This document shows, piece after piece, positions 26,523 to 41,092 of a DNA stretch of 64,000 nucleotides. Origin of the DNA: Eledone cirrhosa (lineage: Eukaryota). Location of the stretch: NCBI GenBank assembly GCA_964016885.1, contig OZ024740.1, positions 269,948,001 through 270,012,000 of the forward strand. The letters are read 5' to 3'. Positions within the stretch are counted from its first letter, which is position 1. The number at the start of each line of letters is the position of its first letter. The notes beneath the pieces are model-generated. The model saw nothing but the letters and a program-made list of their open reading frames with translations. It made no database searches and was not told the DNA's origin. The translations under genes were made by a program, and so were the position numbers.

Positions 26523-27024
26523 AATATGTTAGGTGCTGAACGAATGCACGTCACACAAATTAGACAGGCAATTCCAGTTAAGTTTTGCTTTGTAGTTTGT
26601 AGATGACAGAAATAAAAGCTGTTATGATGGAACTATGTTCTGGTGAACCAAGACTACGCCACGAAATAGGTAAATGCAAACGCCTGTTATTTTCATTCCT
26701 ACTGTGTACAGTGAGAATAACCAAAAATATATTTACTCTTGTTCATTTTGAACGGTTCTTACAATTGAGAATGTTTTTGTATCTACATTCAATTTACCAT
26801 AGATTAATATACATGTTGTGCATAGCTACTATATATATATTAGAATATCTCAAATCGTTGATTAAAATTATGAACTAGGAAGTTTGTTGTGCTATAGACG
26901 CAAGTTGGAGACCTTCTATAAATAGGATTCTAATTAAAATGTTGAAACGGGAAACTAGTCGTGTCATTACAATATATGTATAATTTATAGATGTTCTCCA
27001 TTTTGATTTATGTATATATATATG

Positions 27025-27380
27025 ACCAAGAAACTCACTCAGATAGTGGATGGATGCTACACGAGAATGCTGGGGATGCCTCTGAACATTAATTAGTATA
27101 CACTGAGAATGAAGAGCTCATAGCTGTACGTGAGCCTCCCAAACGTCAGCTCGAGAGTAGCACAGAGGAGACTGAGGTTAGCTGGACATGCTCACCGTCA
27201 TCCAGAGATGACACTGCACTCGCTCCTGTGGGAGCCCCTGCACACTGGAAGGGGTAGACCACGGTTGACATATGTTGATGCCTTAAGGACAGACACTGGT
27301 CTCTTGGAGACGCAGGACATGGCAGTAATGATGAGGGACAGAGACCGCTGGAGAGAACTCGTCCATGGATCTCGGGAATT
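27025..27380 (+). mobile_element. RTE-like LINE 3' coding fragment
   Basis: RRLRLAGHAHRH..LLWEP..GRGRPRLTYVDALRTDTG..MRDRDRWR. Confidence 0.75.
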
Positions 27381-27454
27381 TTATATATATATTTCTAAGG
27401 TTCATTCTGTCATTACCTCAATAGACATAACAAATCATCCTTTTTATTATATAA

Positions 27455-27555
<101 letters not shown>

Positions 27556-28083
27556 GAAAATGGACAACACAATATATAACTATTCCATTACCAAAGAGTC
27601 TTGGATCCCACACAATATTAATATACGTCTGGATCGGTCATCAGACAGATGTTATTGATTAGAAATGTGAAATGAGATTTAAAATCTGTAAAAATTTGGA
27701 AGTGAGGCTGGAAAAATAACGGGAAATATACATTAAAAAAAGGGTAAGAAAAAATAATATATGAAAATATAGAGCAATATAGAAAAAGATATATGTGTGC
27801 ATATATATACACACACATACACACATTCAGATAAAAGTTAAAAATATCTATATCTATATATATATATATATACATACATGTAAATATATATATACACACA
27901 CACAAACCTACATGTACACGGACATATATACACACATATATATGTATATATATATATGTAGGAGGTGAGTTTTATTGTAGTACAATAAAGCAATGCAGAT
28001 ATCGGATAAGAAGCACTCTACAGTTTGTAGGACTGGAGTATATATAATATATAAGAACAAAAGATGGTTAAAAGAGTTCCATG

Positions 28084-28154
28084 TATTTTATTATGCGCAT
28101 TTCAAAAACAAATATCATCATGCAATAATATTTGTGTTTTCATCAGATAAAACA
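28084..28154 (-). ncRNA. Minimal type I hammerhead ribozyme (inverted copy)
   Basis: Reverse complement of 29362-29432. Confidence 0.8.
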
Positions 28155-29223
28155 GGAAGATATGATATGAAGGTTAAAAAACACTTGTGGATAGTGCAGT
28201 TTTAAATCAACATATGAAAAGTAGTTTTAGATTGATGTGTGATATTGGGGAAAAAAAAAAAAAAAAAAAAAATTATTTAGATGAAAAAGAGGAGGAGATG
28301 AGAGTAAAAAGATATCTGCTTGCATAAATTCCACAAAACATTCCACAAAGTATACAGCTAATATCCAAAACTTTATCAATTTAGAATCTTTTTCTCAAAG
28401 GCACATATATATATATACACTTCTTTAAAAATATACCCATCTTTCTACCTTATTTCAAAGTTTCTATTATACATTATATAATACTTGTTACTCATTCTAT
28501 AATACTTGTTACTCATTCTATATCGCTCCTATTTATCACTTCCCTTTCTTCTCTTTTTCTTTTAATGTCTAACCCCTAATCTGTACCTTTTCTCACTGTT
28601 GCCTAACACAGAATCAATTATTACATAATACAATACATTCTTACTCTATATCACCTTGTAAAAATCCTTCGTAAACATAAACATTTTTTTGACGTTAGAT
28701 TATTCATCCTCAATTCATTATTCTTATCTCCCTTTCATCTAACTCATTCATGCTCATCCCACAATATATCCTTACTTAAATTACCTGTTGTTCTTTTTAA
28801 TAATAGATATCAACATTTTCTTTCCATCGCACATATTATTAAACCCTTAAATATTATTTCTTAATACATATTAACTTTTTCTTTCCATCGCACATATTAT
28901 TAAACCCTTAAATATTATTCTTAATACATATTAACATTTTCTTTTCATCGCACATATTATTAAACCCTTCAATATACAAACCTTAACTTTACATTATTTT
29001 TCTCTTCGTTAATTTTCAAATTCTTTTAATTTATACATTATCTTCCAACGGTTTTCAACCTCTCTATATAAAACAATATATCTTTCTCAGTTATAAAAGC
29101 TATCTCTCTCTCTCTATCACCCATCTCTCCTCCTATCTCATCCTTCCTAATTATACTCCTCCCTCTCCACTTTTTACTCTCATCTCCTCCTCTTTTTCAT
29201 CCTTTCCACCCCCACCCCCTAAA

Positions 29224-29262
<39 letters not shown>

Positions 29263-29361
29263 TTTTCCCAATATAACACATCAATCTAAAACTACTTTTC
29301 ATATGTTGATTTAAAACTGCACTATCCACAAGTGTTTTTTAACCTTCATATCATGTCTTCC

Positions 29362-29432
29362 TGTTTTATCTGATGAAAACACAAATATTATTGCATGATG
29401 ATATTTGTTTTTGAAATGCGCATAATAAAATA
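29362..29432 (+). ncRNA. Minimal type I hammerhead ribozyme in a Penelope 3' terminus
   Basis: tgttttat CTGATGA long stem II (acaaatattat/atgatatttgt) GAAA T-GCGC-A TA ataaaata; palindromic ATGCGCAT. Confidence 0.8.
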
Positions 29433-29471
29433 CATGGAGCTCTTTTAACCATCTTTTGTTCTTATATATTA

Positions 29472-29544
<73 letters not shown>

Positions 29545-30141
29545 AAGATCCGAAGGCATGGTATACATTTCCAATCATTTTAATCACGACACATGTTTCA
29601 ATAAGAGATAGATCAATCGTGTAGCCATGATCGACTATCACTGATCTTGTCACTTGAAAATGAATTGTCTTCAAATCCTTGATATGAGGGAGAAAATTAA
29701 CCGTGTTCACTCACAGAGTTTAGTCACCCATATGAAGATCAAGCAGTCAAAACACGGCGACTGCTATCGTCCTCAGTTAGGGTCATAAAACTATTAAGTC
29801 TCTATCTCCCAAAAGCTGTAAAAGACGCTGGACATCAATCAAATCTGCAGAATTACAGTCGGTCACAGTTAATGTGAGTGGGTACACACACAGACGCGAG
29901 GTCAAAGAAAAATTATATACATATTCCAACATGACATCAAATCTGTAGAACTATAGACGGTCACAGTTAGTGTGAGTGAGTACACACACACTCACACACA
30001 CCGACGTGAGGTCAAAGAAAAAATATATAAATATACCAACATAGTATTCACCGAAAGTTAGTTTACATAACAACAAATGTTATATTGGTTAAATCCCAAT
30101 TTGACGATGGAAATTGGAAAAATTGGGTCAACCGCAACCCT

Positions 30142-32082
30142 ATACCGTTAGTGATCATTCTAGGGTGGTTCGATTTTGCGTTGACATAATTTAAATTCTC
30201 GAGAATTTAAATTATGTCAACGCAAAATCGAACCACCCTAGAATAGTCACTAACGGTATTACCAAAAGCGTCTCTAGTAGAATTTCAGGAATATCTTCCA
30301 ATGAAGATACCTTTGATAGGATCTCGAATTACTACAATAGCGCCCTGGAACGCGTGGGGCATAGCGAGGGAATCTCATTCAAACGTCCATTAAATACTAG
30401 TAGCAGCATTGCTTGCGATAGCTTAGGCCAAAATAGTGACACTTTACTTAACTGCAGGAGGTTTGCGAGGGAGGATCAATATAGACTTCATGTTGTATCG
30501 CCTCCTAGTCCCAATGTCAATAGTACCAGTGGAAACAATCACCCAGGTACAAACACGGGGTCTCAGTACCGTAATGCTAGCGGAAACTCTAATTGTAACC
30601 TTAATTTTAGAACTGATAAACCAACCGTTGAACGTAAAAGGGAACGGAGGTCGGGTAGAGGGAATAGGGATAAATGTAGTAGGCGCATAGTGGATGTAAC
30701 CCCGGCTATCGAGGGCAATCCGAATAGCTGCCTCGGAGAATTGGGACGATTCCGAACACAATCGGGACACCCCACGACACCATCGACCCGCAGGCAGTGT
30801 TTAGTTATAATAGACCAGCAGCAACTAAGGAGACAGGTAACTCTAGTATAGATAGTAAGAACAAGAGGCATCGGACCAGAAAAACCCTGTGGTATAACCC
30901 CCCTTACTCCACCGGCCTAACCACTAGTATAGCTAAGCTTTTCTTTAGGGCCTTAGACAAATGCTTCCCTAGATCACACAGATACTATAAAATATTCAAT
31001 AGAAATACCATCAAGCTGTCCTACTCCACAACCAGTAACATAGCTCAGAATATAGCTAAGATGAATTACAGTAGATAAGGACAGCCCAAGGGGAGAGGAG
31101 ACATGGCAGAACTAATGGCAGCTCTATGGAGGAAAGGACTCATACACGTGAGGCGAGTCGGGTCACCCCAACCTCTGGGAACTTACCCATAGAGCAGACA
31201 AGAACTGAGACCCGACCCCAGAGGTATCGTGGTTCCTCTGGAACTACCCGGGTGGATAACAGAAAATGTAATTGCAGGAACACCGCCACTTGCCCCATGG
31301 CCAAGAAATGCCTCACCAACAACATAGTCTAAGACTGTAAGGTCTCAACTTTAGATAGAACCTTCAGGTATCTTGGGGCAACTGCCACTGAATTTAAGGA
31401 TAGATGGAAATAATCACCGCCATACCTTTAATAGATTAGATAAACAAAATAGCACGGCGCTTTCTGAATTAGTCTGGAAGACTAATATAGAGCACTCCTT
31501 ATCCTGGTCCATAATTTGCTCAGCCCAGCCATATAAGGCAGCACGGGTGTCTGTAATTTATGTATAGCTGAAACCTTTAATATTATAAGAGGCGGCCCCC
31601 TATTAATAAATAGGAGAGCGGATTTTTTCAGCAACTGCCAACATAGAACCTCGAAAACCTTCCGCAGCATTTTTGGAAAGTGACCTACCACTAACTCCTC
31701 CCTATCTACTTTAGCTATAGTGTTCTCTCAATTAGCAAAAACCAGACAATCACACACTCAGGTAGATAGACACCTAAGGTCGTTTGCGCACTTACAAACG
31801 GTACTCGGCCTGTTTCCGCAGAGTTCTCACAGATGAGAGCACATTAGAATACCTAGTTAGTAAATAGTTAGAGTGATTACACACTCAGGTAAGATACATT
31901 ACGCGCATTCAGCATTACTTTAGGATACCCTAACCATTGAGTTCTCTCGGTTAGGATATAGCTAGACGTATAACACACTCAGTTAAGACCGATTACGCTC
32001 TCTGTACATAACTCTACACACAGTACCCGGTTTCTTTAGACACTGAGTTCCCACAGTTATGACTGGTCACGTTCCTATTCTA

Positions 32083-32088
<6 letters not shown>
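30142..32088 (+). mobile_element. 5'-truncated Penelope-like element (RT C-terminus, linker, GIY-YIG endonuclease, 3' UTR), disrupted
   Basis: YVNAKSNHP..SRISGISSNEDTF..YYNSAL, WYNPPYS..KIFNRNTIKLSYS, CNCRNTATCP..C, YLG.T..FK.R..NH, CNLCIAE; a 118-bp palindrome marks the 5' end. Confidence 0.88.
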
Positions 32089-32127
<39 letters not shown>

Positions 32128-32228
32128 AAAGTTAAACAAGGTTCAATGAATACATCAAAGAATGAGTTTTACAAAGGTTTTCCAGAGATTCAAAATATTA
32201 ACAAAAGAGATATTCTTGTGGTGAAGTA

Positions 32229-32281
32229 TATTTTATTATACATATTTCAGAGGTACTGAGTTAAGTTCAACAGATAAAATA
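32229..32281 (-). ncRNA. Degenerate hammerhead motif (core CUGUUGA)
   Basis: tattttat CTGTTGA ... GAAA T-ATGT-A TA ataaaata; perfect 8-bp stem I, poor stem II. Confidence 0.5.
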
Positions 32282-32749
32282 AGATGATGCATGACCTACC
32301 CTGACATAGTAAATGGGTAAGATTCAGTCATGGTAGTGATTAACATATGACAAAACTCAATATTTATACCCTAATATTGAGAACATATTGAGAAAAATAT
32401 ATAATACAAACAATAGAGAGGGTGCGTGTAATACATTTTAAAAAATACATGGCATCAACAAAACAACTAAAAAAATTATTATTTTTTATTTTTATATTAA
32501 AACTACTGAAGAAAGAGGAAAGAAAGGAAAGCATAGAGGAAGAAAGAGGAAGAAACAGCTGATGTGATAATATATTTTTAGTAGGTGCCTCGAAAAAATA
32601 AATGACAGATGATTAAAGAGAGAGAGAGACAAAGGGGTGCAATTTATCTTCAAGTCTATAGACAATATATATATATATATATATATACAGTATATATATA
32701 TATATATATGAAGAATAAAGATTAAAGAGGATTTTAAATAAACCCCTTA

Positions 32750-32821
32750 ATTGATGTACGACCGTTTCGTCAGACTAAAATAATTTTCCAGTCCTGTTAG
32801 AATAACGTCATTAGCATCGAT
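32750..32821 (-). ncRNA. Degenerate hammerhead motif (core CUAAUGA)
   Basis: atcgatg CTAATGA c gtta...tgac GAAA C-GGTC-G TA catcaat. Confidence 0.5.
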
Positions 32822-32852
32822 TAAATACATAACTTCTTCATATGTATATATA

Positions 32853-32933
<81 letters not shown>

Positions 32934-33920
32934 GTGTGTTTGTGTGTTTGTGTATGTGTGCGCACGCGCGCATGTGTTTGAACGTAAATGTGGACGCGCA
33001 TGCTTATTTTTATCCTACTAGAGTTTATTTCTGTTATGTGACAGTTTAACATCCAACTTCTAGTAATTATCCCTTAATCTAATGATAGCATAGGCTGTCT
33101 TAAATACCTATTCATAGATTGATGATAAGTTTAGGTTTCTATACTTATTACACGTTATCTCTTAATGTCCAATGTACATTTTAAAAAGGATTATCATTTT
33201 CCAATGTGTATACCATTGAATGCTATTTGAACCAAGTTTATTTGGGACTCGATATCAAGAAGTAGTGAAATATAACAAATGGTTTTAGTTCAGGGCTCAA
33301 CCATCAACTATACAGTGTCATATAACACTTCAATCAATTGCTTTCGTATCAATTGCTTTCATTCGCTAAAAGGTTTTATGGAAAAGTCCTTTTCATATGT
33401 TTGCTTCATATTCAAACGTTAATTTTACTTGTTAATACAGAATGTATTTTTAATCTTGTATATTCGTTTTCAATATGTGAAATACAAATGTCCATTAGCT
33501 CATGAACAAAGCCACCAAGTCTCTTGATTTATGAAAATTAATAATTCATATTCCTTTCAAACAATTATTACTAGCATTCAATCTTTTGAGAAGATTAAAA
33601 TTTTGAATGAAATCCCGAATATATTGCTCATGTGGTGATGTTGGCTCCAGAAAAAATCAATGACGCTGAATTTATTTCGTCAGAAATGAATTAAGTATGG
33701 TCTAGGAATTTAAATTCATACAAGAAGGATACCCGGTGTTCCGTAAAACATAAAACTTTAATGTGGTGCCAATACGAGTTATAGTAGTTGCGCATGAATT
33801 TATATCGAATATGTTGTTTCCATTATTTCTTAGAGATAAAAGAATAATTTACTTCCAAATTTTTATTGGCATTTCAATAACACATAAGCATCCAAACACA
33901 CAGAAACACATACACACACA

Positions 33921-34041
<121 letters not shown>

Positions 34042-34272
34042 AATGTAGAGAAGTGACACAAGAGTTGATATATATAAAAAATAGGAAAAAAGGAAGAAAA
34101 CACACAGTAGAAAATGTTACCACCACAGTTGGTCAACACTAACAGAGAAGGAAAGAAAACTACGAACAAAAATATGAACTTTCCTCCCTAAATATGTATG
34201 TACAAACTAAATATTTTTTCCATATTCCTATTATTGATATTAATATGGGAATTAACTGCATTATACACTTTC

Positions 34273-34310
34273 GTCGTTGAAAAAGCGTATAAAGTTGAAA
34301 CCGGTACAAT
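34273..34310 (+). ncRNA. Minimal hammerhead, U3-A8 variant core
   Basis: gtcg TTGAAAA agc-gtataaa-gtt GAAA C-CG-G TA caat; palindromic ACCGGT; stem I has one mismatch. Confidence 0.5.
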
Positions 34311-34403
34311 TGAATGCGGAAATCCCTATTTTGTAAATAAATATTTTAATATTTATGTGAGAAGAAATCCCTCTAGCATTTTCTACTGTGTGTTTTTTTT
34401 ACA

Positions 34404-34515
<112 letters not shown>

Positions 34516-34610
34516 ATGCTTTGGGAGGGTCATGTTGCCAATAAGAAACACACGCAACATGACCCTCCCAAAGCATACAAGATTGGTTTCAACACACGTT
34601 TTCAGATAAA

Positions 34611-35571
<961 letters not shown>

Positions 35572-36086
35572 TATATTTGTTTTGCGAGGTTTTTTATATG
35601 AGATCGGGTGTCGAAACAAATATTGTTATACTTGGGGAGGGTCATACTGTTGTATTGTTGTAATAATATTGCCAGAAATAATAACAGAACACACTCACTG
35701 TTTGGTTGGTTTTCGCTTCTGTATCTTTTATATCTCCATAGTTAATTCATTTGGTCCTCAATGTTTATCACTGACTGACCAACGGTAAAAATATACAGAT
35801 ATAAATACATATATATAGTCTAACAAAGTTCTTTCATTGCAACATCATCAGTGGTACTATTTTGTTCCTCCTGTTGTATTGTATATCTACGCCATTTTTA
35901 TTTTATCTCTTATCTATATTACTAAAACAGTGAATATCTGTTTGTTTCTCTGTCTGTCTGTACAATCACTAAAACACGAGAACCACCCAACCGATTGTTT
36001 TCAAACTTTACACATATAATACTTATGGTCCTATTGAATGTTCTGAACAAAACAAAATTTCTAGGGTCCGCATTAGGCGATTTAGC

Positions 36087-36203
<117 letters not shown>

Positions 36204-36408
36204 TAGTCTTTCTCTTTTTAGATAGATACATAGATATTACGTTGCGCCCTTATAATAACTCTCTGCATGCCTGGCTGTCTGCATTACGTCATTATGACAC
36301 GGTGTGTTTGTGTGTGTGTATATGTATATATAGTGAGTGTATATATATATATATAGTGTGTAACGTTTTTCGAAATATTTATTTCTGCGTTCATAGATTT
36401 ATCATTTT

Positions 36409-36459
36409 AGTTTCAGAAGATCCCGTTAAGGGTGAAAGCAGGGATTCTTTGCTTAAACT
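36409..36459 (+). ncRNA. Hammerhead-like motif, U4A variant (CAGAAGA), family A
   Basis: agttt CAGAAGA tccc-gttaa-gggt GAAA gca-9nt-tgc TT aaact; also at 45827-45877. Confidence 0.65.
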
Positions 36460-36481
36460 TTAATCTGTTATTTATATATAT

Positions 36482-37990
36482 ATAATATAAAATCAAAAGA
36501 TGGTTAAAAGAGTTCCATGTATTTTATTATGCGCATTTCAAAAACAAATATCATCATGGGATGATATTTGCGTTTCCATCAGATAAAATAGGGAGACATG
36601 ATATGAAGCTTAAAAAACACTTGCGAGCAGTGAAGTATTAAATCAACATATGAAAAATAAAATAAGATAGATATATGAGATTGGAAAAAAGGAAAAGAAG
36701 AGGGTAAGGAAAAGGTAAGGAAGGGGAAGAAAGAATATAGATAGAAGAAAAAAATATAATAATAAGGAAAGGATGACGGAGGACGAGTATAAGAAGGAAG
36801 GATGAGAGAGGAGGAGAAAATGAGAGAGAGAGAGTTAACCTTTAATACTGAGAACCACTGTCTCACAGAGAAAATTAAAAAAAAACCGTTGTAAGATAAT
36901 ACATAATTAAAAAAAATTAAGAAATTAGAAGTTAAGGTTTATGAATGGTGATGCTTATGATTAAAGAAAAAGGAATTAAGAATAGTATTTATTTAAGGTT
37001 TATATATTGAAGGGTTTAATAAGATGTGCGAAAAAGAATTTATTAAAATGTATTATTAAGATAAAATATATTAAGAAGATAAGGTGAATGAAGATAAGGT
37101 TAAATGAATTATGAATTTAGAGGAATTAATTAGGGTCCAAGTTTGTTTCTATATATTGTAATAGGAAAAAGTAAATAATAGATTTAATACGAGCAAAGAA
37201 AAAATTCAAGGAAGAAAAAATATATAACGTCAGAAAAATGTTTACAAAATTTCTTTAATTAGTATATATTAAAAATAAAGATTTGTATGGCCGAGGATAT
37301 AAGGAAAATGCTGTAGTGAGTTATAAGATGAATTAAGAAGTAATTGAGAAGTAAAAGTTGCAGATTAAAGATTAGAAATTAAAAGAGAAGAAAATTAGGG
37401 GACCGCTAACGACATAGTATAATATACTGAAATAAGGTAGTAAGATGGGTATATTTGTAAAAAATATAAAAGCGTTTGAGAAAAGAAGATTTTAAACTAA
37501 TTAGGTAGTAAGATATTAGCTGTATACTTTATAGAAAGTTCTATGGGATTTATGCAAGCAGAGCGAAAATAAATCCATACGTCTATTTAAAATTCGGGAC
37601 ACCCAAATAAAATTAGAGATAATGGTAAATTTCTCCGCTAGGCAGAGATTACATGTTCTGGATAGGGAAGAATTAAGGTAAGGAGAGGCGTTGCAAACCT
37701 TCTTCGAAGAAATGTTGTAGTTAATATTTTTGTCCTTTAAGGACCATATGAGTTCTGAGAGAGCCGTGTCAGTTCTTTTAAGTTGGTATTTAAAAGAGGA
37801 ATTGTGATTATAAAATCTTGCTTTAAAGGAAGTGGAAGTGGAATCAAAATAGGTAAAAGAATTGGTACCAGTTATAACCTTACATTCATACACTAAAATG
37901 TTTATCAATCAAGACATTGGTTACTAAGAGGACATTTAGTTCTAATAGGGAAATTGCAATTACGATTAGAGAGATTACGATACGTATATA
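36482..37990 (-). mobile_element. Penelope-like element: GIY-YIG C-terminus, long 3' UTR, terminal hammerhead
   Basis: ORF 37516-37908: LVYECKV..FKARFYNHNSSF..TALSELIWSLK..CNLCLAEK; hammerhead copy at 36520-36590 (core CTGATGG). Confidence 0.85.
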
Positions 37991-38046
37991 TATATATATT
38001 AGGATTACCTCCTACACACACACACACACACACACACATACACACA

Positions 38047-38138
<92 letters not shown>

Positions 38139-38814
38139 TATAGATCTGTTGAATATGCATACCAATTCTAACACATATATATCCTAGAAACGATCGTTAA
38201 ATAATGAACTTTTTTTGTTTAATATAAGGAATTGTTTATTCATTATTTGTTTAATATTTTATATATATTTATATATATATTCGTGTAGAGATATTTTTGC
38301 ATACACATATAAACAAAAGTATTTATTTCGCGATAAAGTATTGATTTTCTTCGAACGGGAAAAACCTGGTGATGTACGACGAACTTTTTTTATGAGAACA
38401 AATGTAGACACCAACCTGAGGTCGAGGTATTCAGTACTCCTCTGTACTGTTATTTATATATTCGTGTTCAGATATGTTTGCATACACAATAACAAAATAT
38501 AAACAAACGTATTTAATTCACGAGGCTCGAGAAGGATAAATATATATCAAATATATAAGAACCCTAGAGCAAATCCCGAGCAACGCCGGGCCATTCTGCT
38601 AGTTTAGACTATATATGTGTAATTTTATCTGTATTTCTTTTACCGTTGGTCAGTCAATGATAAACATTGAGGACCAAATAAATTAACTGGAGATATAAAA
38701 GATACAAAAGCGAAAAGCAACCAAACAGTGAGTGTCTTCCGTTATTTATTATTTCTGGCAATATTATTACAACAATATGACCTTGCCAAAGTATAACAAT
38801 ATATAAATATAAAT

Positions 38815-38933
<119 letters not shown>

Positions 38934-39262
38934 CATTAAGGCCAGTTATTACCATGTACGCACCTTCCGTTTGCACTGAAGTCCAGCTTTGTTCAGCCTG
39001 TGCTGATGAAAATGAACCTGAAAATGGTAACTTGAAAAGGAAAATACAGAAAAAAATTGAAACAAAGATGAGCCTCAAAATCAAGGGCAGATAATCTGGA
39101 TGATCTAGAGGAGACGAATTTGACCGAGAACAAATTCTAAATTATCTAATAATTATATGGGAGCTAGAAAAAAATCGATAGATTAAGAAAGATATGCATC
39201 AAATTAAGGAATCCTGTTCTTTAAAAGTTATTTTGAATACATGAGAAGATCGCGAGAAGAAC

Positions 39263-39453
39263 TTAGTACGTGTGTTAAGTGGCTTGATTTTGTTGTGGAG
39301 ATTATTCAATATCCACCATCTCTCGTCATTACATCATCTGCAGACCTTGAGCCTTGTAAACATGGGCTCAAGACCTGCAGATTATGCAATGGTTAGAAAT
39401 GGTGGATATTGAATTATCTCCACAAAATAACAAGTCACTACACATCTACACTA
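39263..39453. repeat. Imperfect fold-back (MITE-like hairpin)
   Basis: tgtggagattattcaatatccaccat..ctgcag..cttgagcc paired with ggctcaag..ctgcag..atggtggatattgaattatctccaca. Confidence 0.7.
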
Positions 39454-39987
39454 AAATAGTAATATGAAAAGTATTTGATATGACTACTCTGTGTATATGA
39501 TTTGAAATGTGTACACGTGTGCACAATTGTGTTTTATAAATAAACTTCATTTATTTCTGAATTTGACAATTCTTTGAAAATATGTTTTGTTTATTTTTCC
39601 GCTCCAAGTAACCGGTTTTCGATGTTCTTCCCAAACAGTCCAATAAAAACTATGTCAATCCTGTTAGACCAAATTAAGGATGTAAAAGTATTGAACATTA
39701 CACTTTCTGCTTAAGGCATCATGCGTATAAACAGAACATATTCTCCTTATTTTTACGTTAATTAGTTTTTGATTTACTGTAATGATTTCGGATTCAGTCG
39801 GAACAAAAGAAAACACTCGTTATCATGTATTGCGGAATAAACTTCCGTTTTAAAAAATTTCAACAGTGTAATTTACAAAATACAGAAGGCAAAAATATTG
39901 CAATCGAAAATAAATGAAAAATTGTAAGTACCTAAATTACAATGTACATAATATAGAATCCAGTTTAATATTTTTATTATTTACATA

Positions 39988-40098
39988 TTATAAGAATTTA
40001 TCGATAGAATGATATCGATGGTGGAGGCTTGTGCACTTGTCGCAAAAACAATTCTTACATTCCTCGCATTTACATTTAGCCTTCAATTTAACGAACGT
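39988..40098 (-). CDS. Candidate terminal exon encoding a B-box-like zinc-binding segment
   Basis: Strong acceptor tttagttttacag, then TFVKLKAKCKCEECKNCFCDKCTSLHHRYHSIDKFL*, with AATAAA about 10 nt after the stop. Confidence 0.4.
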   Translation of the reverse strand, partial: TFVKLKAKCKCEECKNCFCDKCTSLHHRYHSIDKFL

Positions 40099-40332
40099 CT
40101 GTAAAACTAAAGTAACTAAAGTAAATTTATGAATCAGAAACCAAATTTCAATACATTGAATATAAACCACATTTAATGTACCAGTAACAAAACCACTCAT
40201 TATCTAATGTGTACTATGTGAAATATATTTGGTTATTAACTCAATAAAACTGATGGACACTAATCTCTTAGATTAGCGCTCATGAATCTTCAGTATGGAA
40301 AGATATTAGGAATAGGAATTGGGTTGTAAATT

Positions 40333-40445
40333 CAGAGTGACCACACAATCACACCAGCTGCGTTGTTGTAAGAATATAAGAATATACATATCAGTTTTGA
40401 TATTATAAGTATTTGAAATCAAGGGTTATTTTTGTGGTCACTCTG
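40333..40445. mobile_element. Small Tc1/mariner-type MITE
   Basis: 13-bp perfect terminal inverted repeats cagagtgaccaca / tgtggtcactctg; TA on the right flank only. Confidence 0.5.
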
Positions 40446-40994
40446 TACCTTTATTATAGAAGACTTTTATTATCTTAGATATTTTCGTTCTTTTAATACA
40501 ATGTAAACACTGAAGTCGATAAATATCTTTGGGTGAGTTAACGCAGCAGTCAAGCAATGTTTGCTATTCATGACAGTTTATTAAAACAGGTAATCTTGCG
40601 TACCCACTGCCCTATAATTTTCATCTGTTCATTTCCATAATGAGATTATTTCCTACCTTTGACATCCCTACCTTTGACATCCATATGTAAAATTCTCAAA
40701 ACACAGAAGTCTTCACCTGTGTACTATTATTTTAGCGGATCAAGTAACCGAATACAACATATTTCAATGGTTGTTTTTTTTTAATATTTATTGAACTTTA
40801 AGTCAATTGTGATTATACAAATCTATTATCATAAATATTCCAGCAGAGAAATTTGATCTCAGTAAACAATTTCTTTTTCTATCTATGTTTGATACATAGT
40901 GAAACAATTTCACCTGTAGGTTTTGTGTTTTGTTGTATGTGCATGCGTGTGGGGATAGATAACCGTTATATTAGTACTATGTGATACATATATA

Positions 40995-41092
<98 letters not shown>

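Larger units (their letters stand above)
28043..29470 (+). mobile_element. Penelope-like element 3' portion with an inverted terminal copy at its 5' side
   Basis: 28317-28361 encodes CLHKFHKTFHKVYS*, matching the end of the GIY-YIG ORF at 37516; 28043-28250 is the reverse complement of about 29265-29470. Confidence 0.8.

Noticed and set aside
39003-39030. CTGATGA...GAAA hammerhead
   Set aside because: No stem II pairing and no cleavage triplet with a stem I
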